From the NCBI RefSeq assembly GCF_020745735.1, contig NW_026869259.1, forward strand, positions 124,001 to 188,000: 64,000 nt of DNA, given 5' to 3'. Below, one piece after another: positions 49,870-61,259 of this stretch. Position 1 is the first letter of the stretch, and every line of letters begins with the position of its first letter. This DNA is from Hemiscyllium ocellatum. Lineage: Eukaryota. Under the pieces are notes generated by a model. That model was not told the DNA's origin. It saw only the letters and a program-made list of their open reading frames with translations, and ran no database searches. The position numbers were made by a program, and so were the translations under genes.

Positions 49870-52800
49870 ATAACTAAAAATGTAATAAGGGGATAGAAGA
49901 TGAAATACGAGGGTAAGCCAGCTGGTAATATAAAAGAAGATTGCAAGACTTTTTTTGTTGAAATATAAAAGCTAAGAGGAAGGCAAGACTGGATGTTGGG
50001 ATGCTGGAAAATGAGGCTGGAGAAGTACTAACAGGGAACAAGGAAATGGCAGAGGATCTGAATAGTGACTTTACATCAGTCTTCATGGTGGAAGACACCA
50101 GTAGTATACCAGAACTTAAAGAGATTCAGGGTCAGGGATGAGAGTAATGGTTATCACCGAGGAGAAGGTGCTGGGGAAGCTGGAAGTTCTGAGATGGATA
50201 GATCAGCCGGAGTGGATAGACAACATCCCAGAGTTTGAAGGAGATAGCTGAGCAGATTGTGGAGGTATTGATGGTGATCTTTCAGGAATCACTGGAGTCA
50301 GGGAGAGTCCAAGAGGACTGTAAAATGGTTAATGTAACTCCCCTGTTTAGGAAAGGAGGGAGGCAGAAGATGGGAAATTATAGGCTGGCTAGTCTCACCT
50401 CAGTCTTCAGTAAGATCATAGACTTCAGTTTAAGGATGAGATTGCAGGGGAGTTGGAAGTGTATGGTCAAGTCGGGCTGTGTCAGCATGGCTTCATCAAG
50501 GGGAGGCCTGACAAATCTGTTCGAACTCTTGGAGGAAGGAATGAACAAGTGAGATAAATGAGAACCAGTGGACGTGATCTATTTGGATGTACAGGAAGCA
50601 TTTGACAATGTGCCGTACAGGATGCTACTAAAGAAGAGAAGAGACCGTGATGTTAGGGACAAGGTCCTGGCATGGATAGAAGCTTGGCCGCCTGGCAGAA
50701 GGCAGAGAGTGGGATAAAAGGATCTTTTTCAGGATGGCAACCGGTGACTACTGTGGGTATGCTAAGGTCCATGCTGGGACTACAGTTATGAATGAATTAT
50801 TAATTAATGATCTGAATAAAGGATCTGATGGCATTGCTGTCAAATCTGCAGGTAACCCAAAGATAAGTGGAGGGACCATGTTGAGGAAGTGGAGAATCTG
50901 AAGGAGGAGTTGATCAGGCTCAGAGAGTGGACAAAGAAGTGGCAGATTGAATACAATGTGGGAAAGTGTGAGCTTATGCACTTTAGTAGGAAGGATAAAG
51001 GCATAGACTGTTTACTAAATGAGGAAAGGATTCAGAAATCTGAATCACAAAGGGATTGAGGAGTCATAATCAGGTTTTTCTCAACGTTAGCATGTTGGTT
51101 CAGTTGGCAGTTAGGAGCACAAATGCAATTTCAGCATTCATTTCGCGAAGGCTGGAATACAAGAACAGGGACGTATTGCTGAAGCTGTATAAGGCTCTGG
51201 TCAGAACACAATTCATGTATTGTGAACAGTTTTGGGCCCTGTATATAAGGAAGAATGTGCAGGCATTGGAGGGTGTACAGAAGAGTTTTAAAAGAATGAT
51301 CTTGGGGATGAAGGGCTTATCATATGAGGAACAGTTGAGGATTCAATGGAGTTTAGAAGGATGAGAGGAATCTCATTGAAACTTACAGAATGCTGAGAGA
51401 CCTGTCTAGAGTGGACACAGAGAAGATGTTTCCAACAGGGGAAGAGACCGGGACCCAACGGCAGAGTGAAGGGAAGACCCTTTTGAAGTGAGATAAGGAG
51501 GAATTCCTTCCACCATAGGTTTGTGAACCTGTGGAACTCACTGCTGCAGAAAGATATGGAGGCCATGTCATTGAGCGTACTTCACACAGAGATTGCTAGG
51601 TCCTGAATGCTTCCCACCATGACAGCAGGAAGTGTGGTCAGTGACAGCAGTTGGAGCTCCGGGTTTTGGAGCTTGAGCAGCAGCTGGTGTCAGTGCAGAG
51701 CGTCCGTGAGGCTGAGAGCTCCGTGGAGAGCAAGTTTCTTGATGTGGTCACTCTGCAGCTTCAGCGTATGCAGGGAGAGAGGGAATGGGGGAGCAGCAGA
51801 CAGTCCAAAAGGACCAAGCAGCTAGTACAGGAATCCCTTGAGTGCATCCCACTCTCCAACCAGGACTCATTTCAGAATCCTGATGAGAATGATGGTTCAT
51901 CTGGGGAGTGCAGCCAGAGCCAATTCCATGGCACCATGGGGGCTCAGCTGTCCAGGGGGGCACAAGGAAGACTGGAAGAGCGATAGTAAGAGGAGATTTG
52001 AGAGTGAGGGCTATCGATAGGAGTTTCTGCAGCTGCAGATGGGAATCCAGGATGGTGTGTTGTCTCCCTGGTGCCAGGTCAAGGATGTGACTGAGCGACT
52101 GCACAACACCCTGAGGGAGCGGGGGGAACAGGCAACAGTCATGGTCCACATCGGTCCCAGTGACAGCGGGAGAAAAGTGATGTGGTCCTGCAGTCAGAAT
52201 TTAGGGAGCTCAGGAAGGAATTAGCAGCAGGAACTAAAATGTAGGAATCTCCAGATTATTTCCAGTGCTCCATGCAAGTGAGAATAGGAACTGGAGGATA
52301 AGTCAGGTGACTGTGGGGATGGAGAGAGGATCCAGGAGGGAGGATTTTTGATTGTTGGGACACCAGGACTGGGTCTGGGGGAGACGGGACTTGAAGAGAA
52401 CAGGTGGATTGCTCCTGATCAGAGCTAGGACAGATTTCCTTGTGGGGTAATTTGTTAAGTGTTATTGGGGAGGATTTAAACTAATTTGGCAGGGCTATGG
52501 AAACCAGGATGCAACATCAGAGAGGAACGCCAAGGACTGGGAGGTCATGTTGCGGCTGCACAGGACATTGGTGAGGCCACTGTTGGAATATTGCGTGCAA
52601 TTCTGGTCTCCTTCCTATCGGAAAGATGTTGCAAAACTTGAAAGGGTTCAGAAAAGACTTACAAGGATGTTGCCAAGGTTGGAGGATCTGAGCTACTGGG
52701 AGAGGCTGAACAGGCTGGGGCTGTTTTCCCTGGAGTGTCGGAGGCTGAGGGGTGACCTTATAGAGGTTTACAAAATTATGAGAGGCATGGATAGGATAAA

Positions 52801-55800
52801 TAGGCAAAGTCTTTTCCCTGGGGTAGGGGAATCCAGAACTAGAGGGCATAGGTTTAGGGTGTGAGGGGAAAGATATAAAAGGGGCAACTTTTTCATGCAG
52901 AGGGTGGTACATGCATGGAATGAGGTGCCAGAGGATGTGGTGGAGGCTGGTACAATTGCAACATTTAAGAGGCATTTGGATGGGTATAAGAATAGGAAGG
53001 GTTTGGAAGGATATGGGCCAGGTGCTGGCAGGTGGGACTAGATTGGGATGGGATATCTCATCGGCATGGATGGGTTGGACCGAAGAGTCTGTTTCTCTCT
53101 GACTCTATGAACACAGAATCCTCAGTGCAGTCTATGTTTCACCAACCAGTGGGCTGGATGCAGAGGAATAAATCTCCAAGTAACTTACAGAGAAGTGGAA
53201 CCATTACTGAGTTATTATAATGGGGGACTTTAATTATCTGAATTTAGCCTGTGATTGGAGCAGTGTCACAGGCAGATCTTGGCCAGCATTGTGGGAGTGT
53301 GTTCAGGTGAATTTTCTCCAGTTGTGTGTTTCCAATCCAATGAGAAAGGAGGCTCTGCTCAGCCTGGATTTTGGGAATGAGGAGGCTCAAGTAGATCAAG
53401 TGTCAGAGAGAGGACATTTAGGGAAGAGTGATCATTGTATCGCAAAGTTTAGGGAGACAGTGGAAAAGAACAAAGGCCATTCGGGGGTCAAAATGACCAA
53501 ATGGGGAAAGCACCAACTTCCATGGAGTAAGGACACATCAGCTCTGAATAATCTAAAGTCAAAGGTTGGCAAGAAATTCCTGAGGTGAATAATATGGGAT
53601 ATAGATCAGGAACAGTCGAAGTACACTTAAGGGAGGGCAAGCAATTCCTGAGCCCTTTTGAGGGCAGAAGTGGAAGAATTAAAGTGAATAAAAAGGAGAT
53701 TTTAAGAAGGGGAGTCGAGACAAACCTGACCAGTGAGCCTTACTTCGGTTGTGGGTAAGTGTTCGAAAAATTTCTAAGAGATAGGATTTATAATCATCCA
53801 GAGAGAAATAAGTTGATTTGGGACACTCAACAAGGTTTTATGAAGGGTAGGTCGTGTCTCACAAACCTGATTAAGTTCTTTGAGATGGTGACCAAACAGG
53901 GGGATGAGGGTAAAGTGGTTGATGTGATGTATATGAATTTCAGTAAGGCATTTGATAAGGTTCCCCACGGTAGGGTATTGCACAAAATACAGAGGCATCG
54001 GATTGAGGGTGACTTAGTGGTTTGGATCAGACATTGGCTTGCTGAAAGAGGACAGAGGGTGATGGTTGATGGGAAATGTTCATCCTGCAGTTCAGTTACT
54101 AGTGGTGTTACACAAGGATCTGTTTTGGAGTCATTGTTGATTGTCATTTTTATAAATGAGCTTGATGAGGGTGCAGAAGGATGGGTTAGTAATTTTGCGA
54201 ATAACACTGAGGTCAGTGTAGTTGTGGATAATGCCGAAGGATATTGTAGATTACACAAGTATATAGATAAGCTGCAGAGGCGGTCTGAGAGGTGACAAAT
54301 GGAGTTTAATGTGGACAAGTGTGAGATGATTCATTTTGGAAAGTGCAACAGGAATAAAGAGTACTGGGCTAATGGTAAGATTCTTGGTAGTATAGGTGAG
54401 CAGAGAGATCTTGGTGTCCATATACATAGATTTGTGAAAGTTGCCACCCAGGTTGATAGGGTTGTTAAGAAGGCGTAAGGTTTGTATGTTAGCTTTTATT
54501 GGCAGAGCGATTGAGTTTTGGAGCCATGAGGTCATGTTGCAGCTGTACAAAACTCTGGTGCGGCCGCACTTGGGGTATTGCGTACAATTCTGGTCACAGC
54601 ATTATTGGGAGGATGTGGAAGCTTTGGAAAGGGTTCAGAGGAGATTGACTAGGATGTTACCTGGTATGGAGGAAAGGTCTTATGAGGAAAGGCTAAGGGA
54701 TTTGAGACTGTTTTCATTAGAGGGAAGAAGGTTGAGAGATGACTTAATTGAGACATACAAGATAATCAGAGGATTAGAAAGGGTGGACAGTGAGAGCCTT
54801 TTTCCCCAGATGGTGATGGATAGCATGAGGGGACATTACTTCAAATTGAGCGGTGATAAATTTTGGACAGATGTCAGGGGTAGCTTCTTTATTCAGAGAG
54901 AATTAGGGGAGTGGAATGCACTGCCTGCAACAGTGGTATATTTGCCAACTTTAAGGGCATTGAAATGGTTATTGGATAAACATGTGGAATGAAAATGGAA
55001 TAGTGTGGGATAGATAGGCTACAGATTGGTTCCACACCTCAGTGCAACATCGAGGACTGAAGGGCCTGTACTGTGCTGTAATGTTCTATGTTCTGTGTTC
55101 TTTGAATAATAAAAGGGCAAAAGATTAGCTGGGGACTGAATAGCACCCCTTAAGGATAAATGAGGTCACATATGTGTGGGCCCAGAGAAGACAGGTGACA
55201 TCCTAAAGGGATATTTCACGAATATATATACTGGGGAGAAAGACATGAAAGCTTGGGAACTCAGGGAAATAAATAACAATGTCTTGACAAGAATCCTCAT
55301 TACAGAAGAGGAGCTCGTAAAATGCATAAATTTGATAAATCTGATCGATGACTCTAAGTGTATCCCAGGACAATGTGAGAAGCTAGAGAAGAGATTGCTG
55401 TATCCCTTGCTGATATATTTGTATTATCAACAGTCATGGGTGAGTTGCTGTCTGATTCGAGGGTGGCTAATGTTGTGCCATTATTGAGGAAACGCTGCGA
55501 GGAAAAGCCAAGGAACTACAGGCCAGTGAGTCTAACACCAGTGGTGTGTAAGTTGTTGGAAGGAATTCTGAGAGACAGCATCTACATGCATTTGGAAAGG
55601 CAAGGACTAATTTGGGATTGTCATCAGTTTTTTTTGTGGAACCTTGTGCTATTGTTGTTCACTATTTATATAAATGATTTGTATGTGAAGAAAGGATGAA
55701 TCATTAGTACATTTGTGGAAGACACCAAAATTGGTGGCATAGTGGACGCTGAAGAAGATTATCTGAGAGCACAAAGGGATCTTGATCAACTGGGCCATTG

Positions 55801-57350
55801 GGCGGAGGAATGGCAGATGGAGTTTAATTCAGATAAATGCAAGGTGCTGCTTTTTGGTAAGACAGAGGAGATGGGTGAGATCTTAAACAAATAATTTGCA
55901 GCTGTGTTTACTGTGGAGAATGACATGGAAGCCAGGGAACAGTGGATGTGGACAGTGACAAACCCAGCATGGGGTTAAGTTGTAAAGTTTCATTTATATC
56001 TAACTATGTATATTGGTAGTGGAAGTAGGGTTGAGTGTCTATTATTACATACAACATGTAGTTATGAATGTGTCAGTACAGGAGGTGGTGCTGTGTGTAT
56101 TGAGATTTTTTTACAGCTTCTGGGATCTGATCAGGTGTATCCCAGAATACTGTGTGAATCTTGGGAAGAGATTGCTGGGCCCCTTGCTGAGATATTTGTG
56201 TCATTAACAGCCATGGGTGAGGAGCCAGAGAACTGGAGAGGTTGGCTAATGCTGTGCCATTATTTCAGAAAGGCTGTAAGGAAAAGCCAGGGAAATATAG
56301 ACCGTTGAGCCTGATGTCAGCGGTGGGTACATTGTTTTGAGGGGATTCTGAGGGATGGAGGTTTTTTGAAGTAGTGGCAAAGAAGATTGATAAAGGCAGA
56401 CATTTTCAACATGGACTTCAGCAAAGTATTTCACAAGATTCCACATAGTACACAGGTTAGAAAGGTTAGATCACATGGGATCCAGGGGTACAATTTGGAT
56501 ATAAAATTAGCTTGAAGATAGGAGACAAAGAATGTTGGCAGGGAGCTAATTTTCAGACTGGGGGTCTGTGACCAGTGGTATGCCACAAGGATTGATGCTG
56601 ACTTTTGTAATTTGAAAGCATGATTTGGATGTGAATGTAGGTGTGACAAATCGTGAGTTTACTAACTGTATATTATACTATGCAGTATATAGTAAAGAAG
56701 ATTATTTCAGAGTACAGCAGGACCTTGATCAGATAAGGCAATGGGTGGAGGAGTGGCAGATGTGTTCAATATAGAGAAAGTGAGATGCTGCATTTCGGAA
56801 AGCCAAACCAGGGAGAACCCATACAGTGAATTGTCAGGCCCTGTGGAGTGTTGCTGAGCAAAGGTGTTGTTCATCTGTTGCCGGGACTGGAGGGTTTGAG
56901 CTATCAGGAGAAACCAAAGCTCATTCCAGTAGTGAGGAACGTCAGTGATGAAGGTGGATCGGAGAAGTCGGGACTGAGTTCCTGAGAGAAGAGAAGGCTG
57001 AGAGGAGGTTTGTTCAAGGAATTCAGCATCATGAGGGGTTTGGATCCAGTAAATACGGAGAAAAAATTCCCAATCGGGAAAAGGATTGAGTGCGAGAGGC
57101 CACAGATTGAAAGTAATTGTTCAAAGAAACAAAAGTAAAATGAGGAAAAAACATTTTCAGCCAGTGGGTAGTTAAGGTGTGGAATGCACTGCCTGAGAGT
57201 GTGGTGGAGGCAGCTTCAATTAAAACATTCTGAAGGGAATGAGACTGTTATTTGAAAAGGAACAATGTGCAGGGTGACAGGTAGAAGGCAGGAGAATGAC
57301 ACTCAGTGAATTGCTCATTCAGAGAGCCAGTAGAGACAGGGTGGGCAGAA
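49870..57350 (+). mobile_element. Stack of CR1/HER1 LINE fragments filling the J-C intron, including an ORF1 esterase-like piece at about 51600-52300
   Basis: Repeated ORF2 motifs at 50235-51600, 52547-53090, 53759-55090 and 55100-57350; ORF1 motif SRMVCCLPGAR...VMVHIG. Confidence 0.88.
55945..56119 (+). repeat. 175-bp direct copy of the V-J interval (58355-58529) including the V nonamer
   Basis: 3 mismatches in 175 bp; inserted in a CR1 fragment 2410 bp from the source. Confidence 0.9.
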
Positions 57351-57739
57351 TGGTCTCCTTGTGCACTGTAACAGTTCTGTGATTGTGTGATTGAGCAGAG
57401 TTAAAGCTGGGGGTGGTGGGAGCTCGGTGTCTCACTGTGCTGCTGCTGCTGCTGCTGCTATTGAGGTCATTGAGATCAGAGACTGGGACAGGGAGCAAGA
57501 GCTCACATCAAACTCGGGTCTGTCACACTGAGACTGGCAGGAGGCTACTCACTGATTTCACTCCATGCTGCAGGAATGGGACCACAGGCTGCAAATGGAC
57601 AGAGCTCCTCCACACAGTGAGTAAAACTTACTGACTGGGGGCAATAGGACGACAGACATACAGCTGTACACCCTGTTAGATACAGTGCTCCTCAATCAAC
57701 CATTTCATTCATTGCAGCTCCCCACTAATACCTTCAACA

Positions 57740-57915
57740 ATTGGAGGGTGGTATAATTGCAACATTTAAGAGGCATTTGGATGGGTATATGAATAGGAAG
57801 GGTTTGGAGGAATATGGGCAGTGTGCTGGCAGGTCGGACTAGATTGGATTGGGATATCTAGTCAGCATGGAAGTGTTGGACCAAAGGGTCTGTTTCCATG
57901 CTGTGCGTCGCTATG
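57740..57915 (+). mobile_element. CR1 3' terminal fragment
   Basis: Nearly identical to 52940-53090. Confidence 0.85.
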
Positions 57916-57993
57916 ACTTTATGACTCTACAATTCAGCATTTGTGTTTTAGAAAGTTTCAGTGCTTAATAACGAAGGATTGAGGTTTACTTAC

Positions 57994-58028
57994 TCAGTCT
58001 GAGCTTGGTTCCTTTACTGAATGTGTAC
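57994..58028 (-). CDS. IGKJ: J-kappa segment (YTFSKGTKLRL), FGxG motif altered to FSKG
   Basis: g TAC ACA TTC AGT AAA GGA ACC AAG CTC AGA CTG A|GTAAGT. Phase-1 donor at 57992-57993, preceded by a 23-RSS. Confidence 0.93.
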
Positions 58029-58067
58029 CACAGTGAGAGCTCCCAGTGTAGAAGCTGTAGAAAAACC
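58029..58067 (+). other. J recombination signal sequence, 23-bp spacer
   Basis: CACAGTG 58029-58035, 23 nt, then AGAAAAACC 58059-58067 (one mismatch to ACAAAAACC). Confidence 0.92.
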
Positions 58068-58513
58068 TCTGCTCTCTGCTTCCCTTCATCACTCTCACCC
58101 TCTCCCTGTCTGTGTCTCATTCACCCTCAGACTCTCCCTGCCTCTCTCTGTCTCTTCCTCATTCATGTCTTTCTCCCTCTCTGTTTCACTCATTCTGTTT
58201 TTCTCGATGAGATGTGTCCAGCTGCACTCGGGCGATTTGTGAACTTTATTTTTCGATGTTAAATCTTGCAGCTGTTCTTCACATGTGGCCATGGAGTGTA
58301 AAAGGGAAGCTTGAGGCCTTCAGTGAGTCGTGTACAGCACAGAGACTGGAGTGTGATGTGGACAGTGACAAACCCAGCATGGGGTTAATTTGTAAAGTTT
58401 CATTTATATCTAACTATGTGTATTGGTAGTGGAAGTAGGGTTGAGTGTCTATTATTACATACAACATGTAGTTATGAATGTGTCAGTACAGGAGGTGGTG
58501 CTGTGTGTATTGA

Positions 58514-58541
58514 GATTTTTTTACGGCTTTGTATCACTGGG
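58514..58541 (-). other. V recombination signal sequence, 12-bp spacer, degenerate
   Basis: On the - strand: CCCAGTG (essential CAC broken), ATACAAAGCCGT, AAAAAAATC. Confidence 0.88.
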
Positions 58542-58827
58542 AAGGCCTGGTGTAACGCTGCTGACAGTAATAGTCAGCGACATCCTCATTCTGAACGCTG
58601 CTGATTGTCAGGGTGAAACTGATCCCTGATCCACTGCCGGTGAATCGATCGGAGACTCCTGTGAATCGAGTTGCTGCATTGTAGATCAGGAGAGAGGGTT
58701 TCTGACCTTCTCGCTGCTGGTACCAAGCAAGGTAAGTGATAATGTCTTCACTGGCTGTACAGGTGATGGTTGCAGTCTGGCCCCGTCCCACCGACAGACT
58801 GGCTCATGATGATGTCCCCGTTGATAC
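58542..58827 (-). pseudogene. IGKV: V-kappa exon, frameshifted in FR1
   Basis: Acceptor at 58828-58829. [11 protein letters not shown], then an inferred 11-nt deletion, then [84 protein letters not shown]. The spliced frame hits TGA in CDR1. Confidence 0.93.
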
Positions 58828-59013
58828 CTGAGAGGTCAGAGAGAAACACAGTGAAGTCAGAACTGTCATAGATAGAGCCTGCCAAATGAGAGATTGTTGG
58901 AGACACTGAGCATTCCTCTGGTTTCAGCATTTTCCCTTCAATCACAAGTCAGTGGAATTGGAGTTAAATGGAGAGCAGCTAAAGATTCAAGGTGGAAGGA
59001 GAGAGATTTGTAC

Positions 59014-59062
59014 CTGCGACACAGAATGCCAGGGGCCAGATCAGCTGGATGTGTGAAATCAT
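59014..59062 (-). CDS. Leader exon of the V-kappa gene (MISHIQLIWPLAFCVA-G)
   Basis: ATG at 59062, 16 codons plus 1 nt, GT donor at 59012-59013; hydrophobic signal peptide. Confidence 0.9.
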
Positions 59063-59122
59063 GGTGTGTGCTCCTGTCCCTGTGCCTGGTTCCTGATAAA
59101 CTCTCCCTTCACTGGGTTCTGC

Positions 59123-59176
59123 TTTATAAAGCTGCAGCCTGTGAGAGTCTGACTGGGTGTTCCTCAGTATGTAAAT
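59123..59176 (-). promoter_or_regulatory. V promoter: TATA-like TTTATAAA (59123-59130) and one-mismatch octamer ATTTACAT (59169-59176)
   Basis: Positions about 60 and 110 bp upstream of the ATG fit Ig light-chain promoter layout; the octamer consensus is ATTTGCAT. Confidence 0.6.
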
Positions 59177-59539
59177 GGCATCAGGCAGGGAGAGCCATGT
59201 CAGTACCTCATATTTCCTCTTCTCTCTCTCTCTCTCTCTCTCCGCTTCTCTCTCTCTCTGTCTCAGAGAGGCATTGATGTGAACAGCACTGAATGAGACC
59301 ATTTGGCCCATTGTGTCTGTGCTGGTAAACAAAGATCTGATGACACTAATCCCATCCTCCAGCTCTTGCCCATTACCCTGGAGGCAACAGCAACACAAGG
59401 GAATATCTAAACACTGCCCCAATGTCTCGAGAGTTTGTGACTCAACCAGCCTTTCAGACAGTGAGTTGCAGACTCCCACCACCCTCTGGGTGTAAACATT
59501 TCTCCTCAACTCTACTCACACTCTCCAACTTGACTGGGC

Positions 59540-59950
59540 CTGGACTCACTGAAGTTTAGAAGGATGAGAGGGGATCTGATTGAAATGTATAAAATTCCAA
59601 CAGGGCTGGGCAGGGAGGAGGTGTCCCCTGGGTGGGGAGTCTGGAACCAGGGGACACAGTCTCAGGAGGATACAGGGTAGACCATTTTGGACTGAGATGA
59701 GGAAACATTTCTTCACTCAGAGAGTGGTCGACCTGTGGAATTCTCTACCACTGAAGGCTGTGGAGGATAAGAAACTGAATATATCCAAGAAAAAGAGAGA
59801 GATAATTGTTCTGCATTTTAACAGCATGAAGGGAATGGGGGAAAAGCAGGAATATGGTTTTGAGAGCGCGGATCAGTCACGATTATAGTGAATGACAGAG
59901 CAGACTCAAAGGGCGAATGGCCTATTCCTGCTCCTAGTTTCTCCGTGTTC
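59540..59950 (+). mobile_element. CR1 3' fragment
   Basis: FWTEMRKHFFTQRVVDLWNSLP motif. Confidence 0.85.
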
Positions 59951-60219
59951 ATGTCTGTGTTACCTTCAATCTCTGTCCCTGGTTATTGATTCCTTTACTC
60001 ATGTAAAAAGTGCCTTCCTACCCACTGTATCACTGCCCCAAATAATTTTATAACTCTCTACGAGGTTCCCTCTCAACCTTCACTGCTCCAAGGAAAACAA
60101 CCCCAGTCCTTCCAATCGCCCCTCATAGCTGGCCCTCCAGCCCAGGCAGCATCCTGGTAAATCTCTGCCCCCTCTCAAGTACAATCACATCCTTCCTAGA
60201 ATGTGGTGACCAAGAACCT

Positions 60220-60780
60220 GTCCATTTGTCTTTCTCTCTTTCTCTGTCTCATAGCCACTTTCTACAACTCACTCACACTTCCACATTTCATCAGATAATC
60301 TCTCTGTCTCCATCGCTCACTCCATCTCTCACTTCAATTGAATACCTCCAAATGTTAACTACCCCTTTTTATTCCTCCCTCTGTCTCTCTCTCTCTCTCC
60401 CTCCCTCTCTCTCTGCATCCCAATCTAAAGTCTCTCTCCCTCCCTCTCTGAGATTCTGTCTCTAACCATACTCATGTCTCTCTCTCTCTGTCTGTCTCTC
60501 TCTCTCTCTCTCACACGCAACCCTACCTTGTCTCTCCTAATTCCCTTCACTCTTGGTATCACACCCATCCTGTCTCTTTCTCTCTCTCCATCCCTCTCAG
60601 TCACATCTTGTTCTCTCTCGTTATCCCTCAACCTCACCATTTCTACCTCCCTCTACCTCGCTCTTGGTCCCCTCAAATATCTCAAATGTCTCAGATGCTC
60701 CTCCTTCCACCCCTTGATCTCTCTCTCTATCTCTCTCTCTCTCTACCTCTCTGCTTGTCTCGCTTCTCTCTCTGTGTCAG
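60220..60780. repeat. (CT)n-rich low-complexity tract (a shorter one at 59216-59263)
   Basis: Direct inspection. Confidence 0.9.
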
Positions 60781-61259
60781 TGTCCCGGGTAGTGAGAGTT
60801 GAATTCACGATAAATTTCCCTCTGCTCTGCCCCACTAATGGATGCTAACCCTTCACCCCTGCCTGGAGTGAGGCCTCATTCCCACATTCACCAGGGTTTG
60901 ACCTCTCTCAGGAAGACTGAGAGATTCTTGTCAAATGAAGGGCAGTTCTGTGCTGTTGGCCTATTCTCACTGGGGACTAGTTTGGACACAAACCTTATTC
61001 CATGAAGGCCCAGCAGAGAGAGGAGATCCTCAGGCCATCAGTGTCAGTTGGAGGGATAGGACAGGCTCTGACCCACTGACCCATCCTGTCCATTCACAAC
61101 ATGGTCCAATCCTTTCCCCTTTCCTTCCCTTCCATGATCAGTCTTTAAGTCAGACTATTTGACTGGGATTATGGTCAGAGCATCACACAGTTACAACAGA
61201 ATGGAACTGAACCCCACACGCACCATGGTGTCCATGATGCACTGGACACTCCAGCAGAG

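Noticed and set aside
57433-57619. Isolated heptamers CACTGTG (57433) and CACAGTG (57613); also in the 136-bp block and at about 31830 and 47054
   Set aside because: No nonamer at 12- or 23-bp spacing where checked (57433, 57613, 27114), and none evident at the others.
57413-57634. Plus-strand ORF resembling a signal-peptide exon (poly-Leu) with a GTGAGT donor-like site at 57617
   Set aside because: Starts at GTG with no ATG, the Leu run is a (CTG)7 microsatellite, and no downstream exon was recognised.
58029-58541. Germline-joined VJ gene
   Set aside because: V and J are separate and each retains an RSS; no fused VJ was seen in the window.
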